DNA from: Candidatus Woesearchaeota archaeon
GTDB taxonomy: Archaea > Nanobdellota > Nanobdellia > Pacearchaeales > GW2011-AR1
Assembly: GCA_964592915.1 (NCBI GenBank)
Contig: CAZQGH010000002.1
Span: 6,435 to 70,434, forward strand
DNA length: 64,000 nt
Direction of reading: 5' to 3'
Below the pieces are notes generated by a model. It saw only the letters and a list, made by a program, of their open reading frames with translations. It searched no databases and was not told where the DNA came from. Shown piece after piece: positions 49,359 through 58,661 of this stretch (its first letter is position 1; each line of letters begins with the position of its first letter). The translations under genes and the position numbers were made by a program.

Positions 49359-49832
49359 ATGAATATGAATACGAAGCTATATAATCTATTAAGAAAAAGA
49401 AAAAGGGGAGTAAGGCTTTACAAAAGAAGTATTAAAGCCAGAGCCAAACAACAGCTGGAACAATTCAAAAGTTATCTTAAAATTTCGCTAATTTGTGCAG
49501 GAATTTTGTTTATACTATTATTTTTGTTCACTTCAGTTTTAAGAATCCATTACTTAATTTCTTTTTTAATTTCATTTGCTATTGCTGGTTCATTTAATTT
49601 TTTTTTAAACAGATATAGAACATTTAGAGGATTTAATCCTATTAAACTAACAAAATTATATTACAAATTTTTTGTTGTAAGTTCATCTTCTTTTTTGTTA
49701 AATATCCTTTTTCTTTTTTTGCTTGTTAATTTTTTCAATATATGGTATTTATTAGCTCAGTTTTATATTGCATTGATTGGATTACCTATAATGTATTTTG
49801 TTCATAAAAAATGGACCTTTGATTTTTTTTAA
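49359..49832 (+). CDS. GtrA-like small membrane protein (putative)
   Basis: 4 TM helices. FLNRYRTFRG and HKKWTF motifs resemble GtrA. Confidence 0.35.
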   Translation: MNMNTKLYNLLRKRKRGVRLYKRSIKARAKQQLEQFKSYLKISLICAGILFILLFLFTSVLRIHYLISFLISFAIAGSFNFFLNRYRTFRGFNPIKLTKLYYKFFVVSSSSFLLNILFLFLLVNFFNIWYLLAQFYIALIGLPIMYFVHKKWTFDFF

Positions 49833-49874
49833 TTCAAAGAAAGTTTTAAAAATATTCTTTTTTATATTAAACAT

Positions 49875-50147
49875 ATGGAAAATCAGTATAAATTTGCATT
49901 AGCAGTTTTGTTTGTTGCTTTAATACTACTTATTGCCGGTTTCATCTCATATTATCTATTCTCACCAAAAATTGCTGCTTCTCCTGTGGAAGAGGGAATT
50001 GATGAGGGTATACAGTCAGTTTTAACTGAAAACAATAAAGTTTATTTGCTGTTAATTTTGTTAGTTTTAGTTATCTTAATCACTATCTCCTTTGTAGCTA
50101 AAAGAGTAAGAAGCATTGAAGACATGTTGTATGAAGAAAATTTATAA
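49875..50147 (+). CDS. small membrane protein
   Basis: 90 aa, two TM helices. Confidence 0.3.
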   Translation: MENQYKFALAVLFVALILLIAGFISYYLFSPKIAASPVEEGIDEGIQSVLTENNKVYLLLILLVLVILITISFVAKRVRSIEDMLYEENL

Positions 50148-50169
50148 ACAAGCTATTTCTTATGAATTT

Positions 50170-50739
50170 ATGGAAGAGCATAATAAAAAAAAGGATTTAA
50201 AAGAGATTAATGTGAATTCTAAGACGATTGAAGAATTGGAAGACCAGTCGGGTAATCTAAAAAAAATAGAAGCTTCTTTATTCATAGCTGGAAGATATCT
50301 AAGTTTGAAGGATTTAATCACTTTAACAGATATCAATCCTATTTTACTAAAAGAATTATTAGAGAGATTAGTTGAAAAATATGAAAGTGATAATACTGCG
50401 ATAACAATTGTGAAAAAACAAGATTCATGGAAAATGGATGTTAAATCAGAGTATACAAGTTTCATTAATAAATTAGCAACAGGCTCAGCAGAATTTACAA
50501 AAGCTGAGCAGGAAACTCTGGCTATCATAGCATATAAACAACCAGTCAAGCAATCAGTAGTTGTTAAGATAAGAGGAAATAAAGCTTATGACCATATTAG
50601 GAATTTTATTAAGTTAGGTTTGGTAAAAGCAAAAAAAGCAGGACATACAAAAGAATTAAATTTATCTGAGGAATTTTATGACTATTTCCACATAAGGAAA
50701 TCTAATTTTAATAATTCGCATTCTGAAGAGTCTGAGTAA
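50170..50739 (+). CDS. scpB: ScpB-like segregation and condensation protein (two wHTH)
   Basis: EASLFIAGRYLSLKDL and LAIIAYKQPVKQSVVVKIRG. The track ORF starts at 50116; the MEEHNKK start is likelier. Confidence 0.45.
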   Translation: MEEHNKKKDLKEINVNSKTIEELEDQSGNLKKIEASLFIAGRYLSLKDLITLTDINPILLKELLERLVEKYESDNTAITIVKKQDSWKMDVKSEYTSFINKLATGSAEFTKAEQETLAIIAYKQPVKQSVVVKIRGNKAYDHIRNFIKLGLVKAKKAGHTKELNLSEEFYDYFHIRKSNFNNSHSEESE

Positions 50740-50740
50740 A

Positions 50741-51979
50741 ATGGAATGGTTATCTTATGTTTATTTTTTGTATATGTTTATAGGATTATATCTTGCTTTG
50801 TTTTATATAATTATTTATTTAAAAAACAGGAAAAACATGTTTGATTATCCCAGACTGACTGAAAGTTATCCCCTGAGTATTGTTATTCCTTGTTATAATG
50901 AAGAGAAATTTATTGGAAATACAATTCAGAGAATATTAGATTCTGATTATAAAGGACTGAAAAAGGTTATAGTGGTAGATGATTGTTCAACAGATAATTC
51001 ATATGAATTCATCAAAAAAATAGCAGAAAAAAATGATAAAGTATTAGCAGTTCAAACGCCAGAAAACACAGGAAATGCTGCAGGCGCAAAAAATTTTGGT
51101 TCTAATTTTGTTGAAACAGAATTAATTGGTTTTACAGATGCGGATTCTTTTCCTGAAAAAGATGCAATAAGTAAGATGGTGGGTTACTTTGACAGAGAAA
51201 AAGTAGGTGCTGTTACATGCTCAATTTTTGTTAAAAATACAAAGAGATTTTTCACTAAATTACAAGCTATTGAATATGCAACAATAATATGGTCAAGGAA
51301 ATTATTAGGGTATGTTGATGCTATCTATGTAACTCCAGGGCCATTAGCTATTTATAGAAAAAAAGTTTTTGAAGAAATTGGGAAGTTTGATGAAAAAAAC
51401 TTAACTGAGGACATTGAAATGACCTGGAGATTAGCAAAATATGGATATAAACGTGAGTTAAGTGTTCCAGCCAGAGTATGGACATATGCGCCTGAAAAAT
51501 TTAAGCAGTGGTGGAAACAGAGAATAAGATGGAATGTAGGAGGAATCCAGACAATAAATAAGTATAAACAATATTTTCTTAAAAAAGGAACTTTAGGATT
51601 TTTCATACTTCCTTTTTTTATTGTTTCATTGTCTTTAGGTTTGGTGGGTTTGTCAATTTTTGTTTATCTGATTTTAAGGAGGATTTATTTTACATATATA
51701 TTTACTAACCTGTCTTTTTCAGCTAATACTTCTTTGTTAACTTTAGAAGAGTTTTATATTACTCCTTCAATTTTAAATTATTTTGGGATTAGCTTATTTT
51801 TATTAGGATTAGCATTTACTCTTTTTGCCTTAAATATGATGAGAAAGCAAAAAGTGAAAAAAGTAGGTTTTTTTACACTAATAGTGTATATGGTGGTTTA
51901 TTTAACATTGTATCCGATAATCTTATTAACTTCAGTTTATAAGTTTGCAAGAGGAACAGGCACATGGGGGACAAAATAA
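50741..51979 (+). CDS. membrane GT2 family processive beta-glycosyltransferase (NodC/chitin/cellulose-synthase-like)
   Basis: LSIVIPCYNE, VVDDCSTDNS and DADS motifs. QRIRW (QxxRW) motif. N- and C-terminal TM helices. Confidence 0.7.
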   Translation: MEWLSYVYFLYMFIGLYLALFYIIIYLKNRKNMFDYPRLTESYPLSIVIPCYNEEKFIGNTIQRILDSDYKGLKKVIVVDDCSTDNSYEFIKKIAEKNDKVLAVQTPENTGNAAGAKNFGSNFVETELIGFTDADSFPEKDAISKMVGYFDREKVGAVTCSIFVKNTKRFFTKLQAIEYATIIWSRKLLGYVDAIYVTPGPLAIYRKKVFEEIGKFDEKNLTEDIEMTWRLAKYGYKRELSVPARVWTYAPEKFKQWWKQRIRWNVGGIQTINKYKQYFLKKGTLGFFILPFFIVSLSLGLVGLSIFVYLILRRIYFTYIFTNLSFSANTSLLTLEEFYITPSILNYFGISLFLLGLAFTLFALNMMRKQKVKKVGFFTLIVYMVVYLTLYPIILLTSVYKFARGTGTWGTK

Positions 51980-52647
51980 TGTTAAAGAAAAATAAAAATG
52001 CTTTTTGGCAGGCACTTCTTTTAGCTTTGGCAATATTTGCAGTAGGAATTTTTCTAGGATTTATTTTGGAAAGCTCAAGAGTTGACAGGATTGCAGAATT
52101 ATCTGAAATATCTGAATTAAATTTGCTGGATGTTAAACTTCAGTCTGAGTTATACACTTCATTTCCAGATGAAATTGATTGTGGTGTAGCAATTGAAGAA
52201 AATATAAGATTTGCCGATAGGGTTTATGAAGAAGCTAAATTATTAGACAGATATGAAACAGCAGCAAGAATTTCACGAGATATACAACTGCAGCATAAAA
52301 GATATGATTTGTTAAGAACAATGTTTTGGTTAAATAGCATAAAATTAAAAAAGGAGTGTGATGCAGATTTTCATACTGTGACTTATTTTTATCAGTATAA
52401 TGAACCAGGAGTTGAAAAATCAGCTGAACAGGCTGTATTTTCCAATTTATTAAGGGATTTAAAAGAAAACAGAGGAAGCGAAATAATGCTTATACCCATT
52501 GCAGCTGACAACAATATTACTTCAGTTGAAATCCTTATGGATTCTTATGGGGTTACAGAATTACCTTCAATTTTAATCGATGAAGAAGTTATAATTGCTG
52601 AAGTTATAGATTTTGAACAACTAATGGAGATTATTGATAATATGTAG
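51964..52647 (+). CDS. membrane-anchored hypothetical protein, coupled to the GT2 gene
   Basis: Overlaps the GT2 stop by 16 nt. N-terminal TM. Confidence 0.35.
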   Translation: MGDKIMLKKNKNAFWQALLLALAIFAVGIFLGFILESSRVDRIAELSEISELNLLDVKLQSELYTSFPDEIDCGVAIEENIRFADRVYEEAKLLDRYETAARISRDIQLQHKRYDLLRTMFWLNSIKLKKECDADFHTVTYFYQYNEPGVEKSAEQAVFSNLLRDLKENRGSEIMLIPIAADNNITSVEILMDSYGVTELPSILIDEEVIIAEVIDFEQLMEIIDNM

Positions 52648-52691
52648 TCAAGCATAGAAAATAATAAAAATATCCTTTCTTTTAAATAAAC

Positions 52692-53390
52692 ATGGAACAA
52701 TGCAAAATATGTGAAACACCTGAAACTCAAATTAGATTGTTTGATGGAATACACAATGATGAGATGGTTAAGATATGCGAAGAGTGTGCGAGACAAGAAG
52801 GAATTGTCATGATAAAAAAGCCTTCTACAAAACAGTTGAAAAATGCTGAAAAACCATATTCTGTATATGAAAGGTTAGCTAGAGTGTCCGGAGTTGGTGT
52901 TGCTGATAAAGACAAGAAAAAAGAGGAAATTAAAAAAATAGCAACTTTAGAGGGTTTAAGAAAGGGAAAAAAAGAAGAAAAAGCTGAAACAGAAGCAGAA
53001 ATGAAATTAGTAGATAATTTTCACTGGAAAATATTAAATGCCCGGAGAAAAAAGAAATTAAGTATAAAACAGTTATCTGAATTGCTATATGAAAGCGAAG
53101 AAGCAATTAAAATGCTGGAATCTGGCAAAATTCCTGAAGAATCTGGAAAACTAATTGCGAAGTTAGAACAGTATTTTCAGATAAATCTTAGAGTGGAAAA
53201 GCCTCTTGAAGAAGAAATTAATATAGATGAAATTTCATTTAAAAAAGATAATTTAAGAAATTTAACTATTGGCAAACTGAGAAAACTGCAAAAATCCAGA
53301 GAAAAACCTAAAAAAGTTTCAGCTCAAGAAATAGTTAATGAAACTAAAAAAAACTCGGATTTAGTAGGAGATGACATAGAATTAGGATAA
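52692..53390 (+). CDS. aMBF1-like protein (zinc ribbon plus XRE-type HTH) with extended linker and tail
   Basis: N-terminal CKICE...CEECARQEG ribbon. HTH RKKKLSIKQLSELLYESEEAIKMLESGKIPEESGKLIAKLEQYFQINL. Confidence 0.5.
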   Translation: MEQCKICETPETQIRLFDGIHNDEMVKICEECARQEGIVMIKKPSTKQLKNAEKPYSVYERLARVSGVGVADKDKKKEEIKKIATLEGLRKGKKEEKAETEAEMKLVDNFHWKILNARRKKKLSIKQLSELLYESEEAIKMLESGKIPEESGKLIAKLEQYFQINLRVEKPLEEEINIDEISFKKDNLRNLTIGKLRKLQKSREKPKKVSAQEIVNETKKNSDLVGDDIELG

Positions 53391-53454
53391 ATTGAATTAA
53401 ATTTTATTTTTTAAAATTAAAAACATTTATAAATGAAATATTTTTTGGTTTAGT

Positions 53455-53718
53455 ATGAACATCGAGATTGTTAAAAATGAAAAAAATGAATTGGAAGTCA
53501 AATTGGATAATCTAACTGTAGCTGAGATTCTAAGAGAATACTTAAACAAAGATTCTGATGTTGAATTAGCTGCATGGAAGAGAGAACATTATGAAAGGCC
53601 TCTTTTATTTAAAATCAAAACAAAAGGAAAGAAAGCCAAGAAAGCATTAGATGATGCTGTTGAAGCAGTAAAAAAAGATGCAGATGAGATAGTTAAGGAA
53701 GTTAAAAAAGCCAAATAA
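53455..53718 (+). CDS. rpoL: DNA-directed RNA polymerase subunit L (Rpb11-like), putative
   Basis: 87 aa. LTVAEILREYLNKDSDVELAAWKREHYERPLLFKIKTKG fits the RpoL pattern. Confidence 0.5.
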   Translation: MNIEIVKNEKNELEVKLDNLTVAEILREYLNKDSDVELAAWKREHYERPLLFKIKTKGKKAKKALDDAVEAVKKDADEIVKEVKKAK

Positions 53719-54378
53719 TTATCTCTTAAATAACTCGTTTTTTATATCTTTAACATATTTTCTTGCAAGATGCATTGGTTCTGGAAATTTATGAGGAGGA
53801 ATTATGAATTTATTTGTCAGCTCCAATGCTGTTTTTATAGAAATAAAATTTCCAGGAGAAATATAAAGGGGTTTTGAACCTTTTTTGCTATGCAAAATTT
53901 TGCCTGCAACTTTTCCGTTTAGTAAAACATCATTACCTTTTTCTTCCCCAGCTAGTAATGAATCTGTAACACCCACTACAGGAGTTTGGGTGACTAATGA
54001 GAAATGTGAAGCTAATCCTAATCTTGGATGCAATAAGCCATTACCATGAACAAATATTACATCAGGCTTTTCATCTAGTTTATGGAAAGCTTCAGTCATA
54101 CTAGGTAATTCTCTGTAAGCTCTAAATCCTGAAATGTAAGGAAACCTTAAATTGCCAGAAAAATATTCCTGATGCAGGATTTCCATTTTTGGGTTTACCA
54201 CAATTATTCCTGAAACAATTTTGTTCTTATAAAAACCATTTTCAATTGAGGCAATCCTATCAGCTAATTTAAAATCAATTTTATCTTTTAAATGTAATTG
54301 CTTAGCTAATTTTTTCTGTTCTTTTTCTAGTTTTTTCAAATCTATATCAAATTTTTTAGCTAATTCCTCTTTTACCAT
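53719..54378 (-). CDS. nfi: endonuclease V
   Basis: PYISGFRAYRELP and FVHGNGLLHPRLGLASHFSLVTQTPVVGV. Confidence 0.75.
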   Translation of the reverse strand: MVKEELAKKFDIDLKKLEKEQKKLAKQLHLKDKIDFKLADRIASIENGFYKNKIVSGIIVVNPKMEILHQEYFSGNLRFPYISGFRAYRELPSMTEAFHKLDEKPDVIFVHGNGLLHPRLGLASHFSLVTQTPVVGVTDSLLAGEEKGNDVLLNGKVAGKILHSKKGSKPLYISPGNFISIKTALELTNKFIIPPHKFPEPMHLARKYVKDIKNELFKR

Positions 54379-54448
54379 AATTTAATCAGTGTTTTAGTAT
54401 TAAAAAAGTTATGGTAAGATTTTTAAACCTTCCTTTTTTCCAAATAAT

Positions 54449-55099
54449 ATGTTTAATAAAAAGTGTACTTCTTGTGGTGAAGAATTAGAAAATGATTTTA
54501 GATTTTGTCCTTATTGTGGAGCAAGTTTAAAAAAAGAAGAAGATAGAAGAAACTATGGTTTATTAGGGAGAGATGATGATATTGATTTTAGAGATTTTAG
54601 ATTGCCTTTTGGTTTTAATGGAATCTTTAAAAAATTAGTAAAGGAGTTGAACAAACAAATAAAAAACTCAAATTCCGGTTTTGGACAAGACAATAATATG
54701 AATTTTAAAAAAGGGATAAGAATCAACATAAGTTCTTCTGGGGAAGAGCCGAAAATAAGAGTTAATGAAATAGGGAATAAGAAAAAAAATAAAAAAAAGT
54801 CAGCTGTTATCAAAAATAGAACAATATCTCCAGAAAAAATGAAAAAATTTAGGGAATTGCCGAAATTAGAACCAGAAACAAATGTGAGAAGGTTAAGCAA
54901 TAAACTGGTTTATGAAATTGATTTGCCTGGAGTTAATAGTCTAAAAGATGTTTTGATTAACAGATTGGAGAACAGTATTGAAATTAAAGCATTGTCAAAG
55001 AAAAAAGCTTTTTCAAAAATAATTCCTGTGAATTTGCCTTTAGTCAGGTATAATTTAGAAAAAGGAAAATTAATTCTTGAGTTAAAACCAAAAAATTAG
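54449..55099 (+). CDS. zinc-ribbon plus alpha-crystallin/Hsp20-like domain protein
   Basis: N-terminal CTSCGEEL...CPYCG. C-terminal YEIDLPGVNSLKDVLINRLENSIEIKA...GKLILELKPK. Confidence 0.4.
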   Translation: MFNKKCTSCGEELENDFRFCPYCGASLKKEEDRRNYGLLGRDDDIDFRDFRLPFGFNGIFKKLVKELNKQIKNSNSGFGQDNNMNFKKGIRINISSSGEEPKIRVNEIGNKKKNKKKSAVIKNRTISPEKMKKFRELPKLEPETNVRRLSNKLVYEIDLPGVNSLKDVLINRLENSIEIKALSKKKAFSKIIPVNLPLVRYNLEKGKLILELKPKN

Positions 55100-55143
55100 T
55101 TTAGAAAGATATTTAAATAATTAATTCTAATAAATAATAAAAG

Positions 55144-56442
55144 ATGGAACAAGTTCGAAAAGAGGACAATAGTAAAACTTTTTTAATCATTGGAATAATA
55201 ATTCTGCTGGTATTAATAATCATTACAGGAATTTATTTGTATACAAATTTTATATTACCATCTCCTCCTGTTCCTGAAATTGTTCCTTCAATTCATCAGT
55301 TTTATGGAAGATTGTTTTATGAAAATGGGAGTTTAATGCCAAATACTCGTTTATATGCCAAGGTTGATGGAGATATTGAAGAAAATGCAGATGTTCTAAC
55401 TGATTCAAACGGAGAGTATGGTTATACTCCTTTATTTTATGTTCAGAATGTTCCAAATGGTTCGACAATTGAGTTTTATGTTGAAGATACTGAAAATCTG
55501 AAAGTTGCTGAGTATAGTTTTTCTGAATTTGAATTAACTCAGCTGGATTTAACTTATGTCGAATCAGGATGTGGAAATAATGTAGTAGAAGCAGAAGAAG
55601 TTTGCGATGGGACTGACTTAAATGGAAAAAATTGCATAACTCAGGGATATGATTCTGGAACATTAAAGTGTTCATCAGATTGTTTAAGTTTTGATACTTC
55701 AGGATGTTCAGTTACTCAGGATGATGGAGGTGGAGGGGGGGGTGGAGGAGGAGGTGGAGGAGGTTCTGGAGCTGCAACATATACTATTTCATCTAGGCAA
55801 TGTGAGGAAGGATATACTAGGACATTAGAAGCAGGAGATAAAATCAGGATACCTTTTGATGGGATATATAAAAATGTTAAAGTCACTGATATAACATCAT
55901 CAAGTGTTGAGCTGATGGTTTATACTATACAGACTAGTCTTAATGCCGGGCAGACTAAAAGATATGATTTAGATATGAACAATGTAAGTGATTTGCAAGT
56001 AAAATTAAACGGAATCTCCAGTGATAATAACGCAAATATTGAAGTTACCTGTATAGAGGAGACTGTAACTACAACGGAGGTATGTATAGATACATGTGGT
56101 TCATTACAATATGAATGTGGTGTCCATACTATTTGCAGTGAAGAAGTAGATTGCGGAACATGCGAAGAAGGAATTTGTCAAGAAGGCAGATGTTTATTAG
56201 ATGAAGAATCACCCCAACAAGAAGACACAGGTTTGCTATTTAAAGTTGTTTTGATTTTAGTAATTGTATTAATAGTTGCTACTATAATCTTCTATGTTCT
56301 AAAATCCAGATTGACACATAAAGAAATTTCAAGTATTAAAGATATGATTACAAATAATAAAGAAACTGGGAAAAGCAAAACTGATAAATCATTAAAATCA
56401 AATAAAAAAAGCAGAAAAAAAAGCAGTAAAAATAAGAAATAA
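55144..56442 (+). CDS. membrane-anchored Cys-rich surface protein with poly-Gly linker (paralog A)
   Basis: N-terminal TM, beta-rich domain (FYGRLFYENGS...GEYGYTPLF), Cys motif CGNNVVEAEEVCDG, G15 tract, Cys-rich module, C-terminal TM and K-rich tail. Confidence 0.45.
   Translation: MEQVRKEDNSKTFLIIGIIILLVLIIITGIYLYTNFILPSPPVPEIVPSIHQFYGRLFYENGSLMPNTRLYAKVDGDIEENADVLTDSNGEYGYTPLFYVQNVPNGSTIEFYVEDTENLKVAEYSFSEFELTQLDLTYVESGCGNNVVEAEEVCDGTDLNGKNCITQGYDSGTLKCSSDCLSFDTSGCSVTQDDGGGGGGGGGGGGGSGAATYTISSRQCEEGYTRTLEAGDKIRIPFDGIYKNVKVTDITSSSVELMVYTIQTSLNAGQTKRYDLDMNNVSDLQVKLNGISSDNNANIEVTCIEETVTTTEVCIDTCGSLQYECGVHTICSEEVDCGTCEEGICQEGRCLLDEESPQQEDTGLLFKVVLILVIVLIVATIIFYVLKSRLTHKEISSIKDMITNNKETGKSKTDKSLKSNKKSRKKSSKNKK
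55733..55780 (+). repeat. G-rich homopolymeric/GGN tract encoding poly-Gly linker
   Basis: GGAGGTGGAGGGGGGGGTGGAGGAGGAGGTGGAGGAGG within an AT-rich genome. Slippage-prone. Confidence 0.6.
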
Positions 56443-56444
56443 TT

Positions 56445-57242
56445 TCAATTAAAAAAGTAGTTTATAGATTCATTTATATTTTCAACTTCTTTTATCTGAA
56501 TTCCTATTTCCTGACTTATATTCACTTTTTTAGGACGAGTTTCTGTTGAGCATATTTCAGTTGATCCAAATTCCTCGCAATTTTGAATAGTTTCATAAAT
56601 TACATCTCTGTTTTGCAATAGAGGGACAAGAAAAATCCCAGCTCCTGCATTTTTTGCAGCTTTTGCTTTAGAAATTATTTCTGATACTGGTCCAATAGAA
56701 CCATCACTATTTACAGAGCCTGTTATCATAACATTTTCATCTAGCGGAATTTCTAATATTGCTGCAATCGTAGCAATAGTTAAAGCAGCTCCTGCACTTG
56801 GGCCCCCTATAATTGAAGCATTTGCCTTTACTGTATATACAAAATCATATTCATCTAAATCATGGTTGGTTATATTTCCTGCTACCATTTTTGCAATCCT
56901 TATTGAATGCTGAGTATCTGCCCAGAATAATAAATTATCAATTTCTGTTAAAGTTCTTCCTGTTCCTTCTGTTTTTTCAACTTTTAAACTGGTGATTACT
57001 CCGTTGCCATCAGCATCAACTGCTGGCAAAGACATTGTTACTGATGTAGAATTATTAAACGAAATAAATTTTTCTCTGCTAATTTCCTGAATTATTTCTT
57101 CAGGAGGAATAAAAATTAAAAGCAGAAAATTTAAAAATAAAATTATAGATATGATGGTCACAAAAGCTTTCAAAATAAACTTCTTTTCTTGCTTCTTTTC
57201 CATGTTTAGATTATTTGAACTGTCTATATAAACTTTATCCAA
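56445..57242 (-). CDS. membrane-anchored stand-alone S16 (Lon-like) serine peptidase domain protein
   Basis: GGPSAGAALTIATIAAILEIPLDENVMITGSVNSDGSIGPVSEIISKAKAAKNAG matches the Lon proteolytic domain (Ser-Lys dyad). N-terminal TM, no AAA module. Confidence 0.6.
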   Translation of the reverse strand: MDKVYIDSSNNLNMEKKQEKKFILKAFVTIISIILFLNFLLLIFIPPEEIIQEISREKFISFNNSTSVTMSLPAVDADGNGVITSLKVEKTEGTGRTLTEIDNLLFWADTQHSIRIAKMVAGNITNHDLDEYDFVYTVKANASIIGGPSAGAALTIATIAAILEIPLDENVMITGSVNSDGSIGPVSEIISKAKAAKNAGAGIFLVPLLQNRDVIYETIQNCEEFGSTEICSTETRPKKVNISQEIGIQIKEVENINESINYFFN

Positions 57243-57316
57243 ATCCCACTACTTTTTTTAAGTATTTCAATACCATAAGGTTTTTATATTTGTAAACCTA
57301 GATTTAGCAAAAGAGG

Positions 57317-58144
57317 TTGAAGATGAAGAAGAAAGTTATCCTTATTTTATTATTCTTACTTGTATTTATGATAATCACCATTATCTTTTCAATTTTGTTT
57401 ATTCATGAGTATATATTATTTTTTTCTCCAAGAGCTTCGGCTTTAGATATTCCTGGCGAGGAAATCCCTCCTCCTTCAATTCAGAATTTTTATGGGGAGA
57501 TTTTGTGGCCTAATGGTTCTGTAGTTGATGATGTTCATCTTGTTGAAGCAAGAATTAATGGAGAGATTGTAGAAAACGCAACCAGTATTAATGGCAGTTA
57601 TGGGTATGCTCCTTTGTTTACTATCGAGGATGTACTTGAGGGAACTATAGTAAACTTTTATGTCGATTCTTTTTTTATAGCTGAAACAAAACATGTGAGT
57701 TTTGAGTTTACTAATTTAGATTTAATGCTGCCTGATGTTTGTGGAGATAATTATTGTACTGGAGAGGAGAATTGTGTTAATTGCAGAGAAGATTGTGGCG
57801 CATGCCCTGATGATGGCGGAGGAAGTTCCGGAGGAGGGGGAGGCTCTGGTATTAGTGGAACTGAAGATAATGAGAATCAAACTCAGGTAGTTGGAACTGG
57901 AAAAGCAATTAAAATTAATGATGAAGAGCAAAAAGAAGATGAAGAAGAAACAAAATCAGAAGAAAAACCAAAAACTGAAATAGGAGAGCAATCTCCAATA
58001 ACTGGTTTTACTATTGGCGATAACTTATTGAGAAGAGAAGTTTATATTCCCCTGATTCTGATATTAATGGTAGCTTTAATTTTAGCCATAGTTTCTATTA
58101 TCCGGTTTAAACATAAACATTTGGAAATTAGACCTTATAATTAA
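57317..58144 (+). CDS. membrane-anchored Cys-rich surface protein with Gly/Ser linker (paralog B)
   Basis: Same architecture as 55144..56442: FYGEILWPNGS...GSYGYAPLF, CGDNYCTGEENCVNCREDCGACPDDGGGSSGGGGGSG, C-terminal TM. Confidence 0.45.
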   Translation: MKMKKKVILILLFLLVFMIITIIFSILFIHEYILFFSPRASALDIPGEEIPPPSIQNFYGEILWPNGSVVDDVHLVEARINGEIVENATSINGSYGYAPLFTIEDVLEGTIVNFYVDSFFIAETKHVSFEFTNLDLMLPDVCGDNYCTGEENCVNCREDCGACPDDGGGSSGGGGGSGISGTEDNENQTQVVGTGKAIKINDEEQKEDEEETKSEEKPKTEIGEQSPITGFTIGDNLLRREVYIPLILILMVALILAIVSIIRFKHKHLEIRPYN

Positions 58145-58203
58145 TTTTACAAACAAGTTAGCTAAATTATCTCCCTATAAAATAATCTAGCTAACTTGTT
58201 TAA

Positions 58204-58278
58204 TGAGGCTGCACAGATTTGAACTGTGGACCCCTGCCTTATCAGAGCAGTGCTCTAACCTGGCTGAGCTACAGCCTC
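58204..58278 (-). tRNA. tRNA-Ile (anticodon GAT)
   Basis: Acceptor GAGGCTG/CAGCCTC perfect. D arm GCTC..GAGC. Anticodon stem CTGCT/GGCAG with loop CTGATAA. T arm CACAG-TTCAAAT-CTGTG. Discriminator A. Confidence 0.85.
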
Positions 58279-58440
58279 ATATTTGTATGTAGAGATATTT
58301 GATTTATAAAAGTTTTGAAAATTAAAATTTTATTAATTATCTTAGCTATCAATGTTAATGAAAAAAGAGTTGAGAAAAGATTTAATTGTTGTAGCATTAT
58401 CTTTTTTAATTAATCTTTCTAAGCAAAGTATACTGGTTAT

Positions 58441-58515
58441 ATCAGGAATGAATTGCGAAAACCAGCTCTCTCAAGAATCACAGATTCTTGGCATGTGGCA
58501 ACACACAGGATTTTT
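58441..58515 (+). repeat. conserved noncoding motif B (second copy of motif A, 5' part)
   Basis: ATCAGGAATGAATTGCGAAAACCAGCTCTCTCAAGAATCACAGATTCTTG.... Lies in a 383-nt gene-free region between tRNA-Ile and rpl15e. Confidence 0.45.
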
Positions 58516-58661
58516 TTGATTTAAACTGCCTCTTTCTGAATATTTAATAACTGGGGAAATCATTTTGTAATAAGTTTTTCTCAAAACAGCAGATTTAGTT
58601 AAGTTTAAAAACTCTCTTTTTGAAAATAAAATATAGTTAATCAAAACTATTAAAATAGAAG

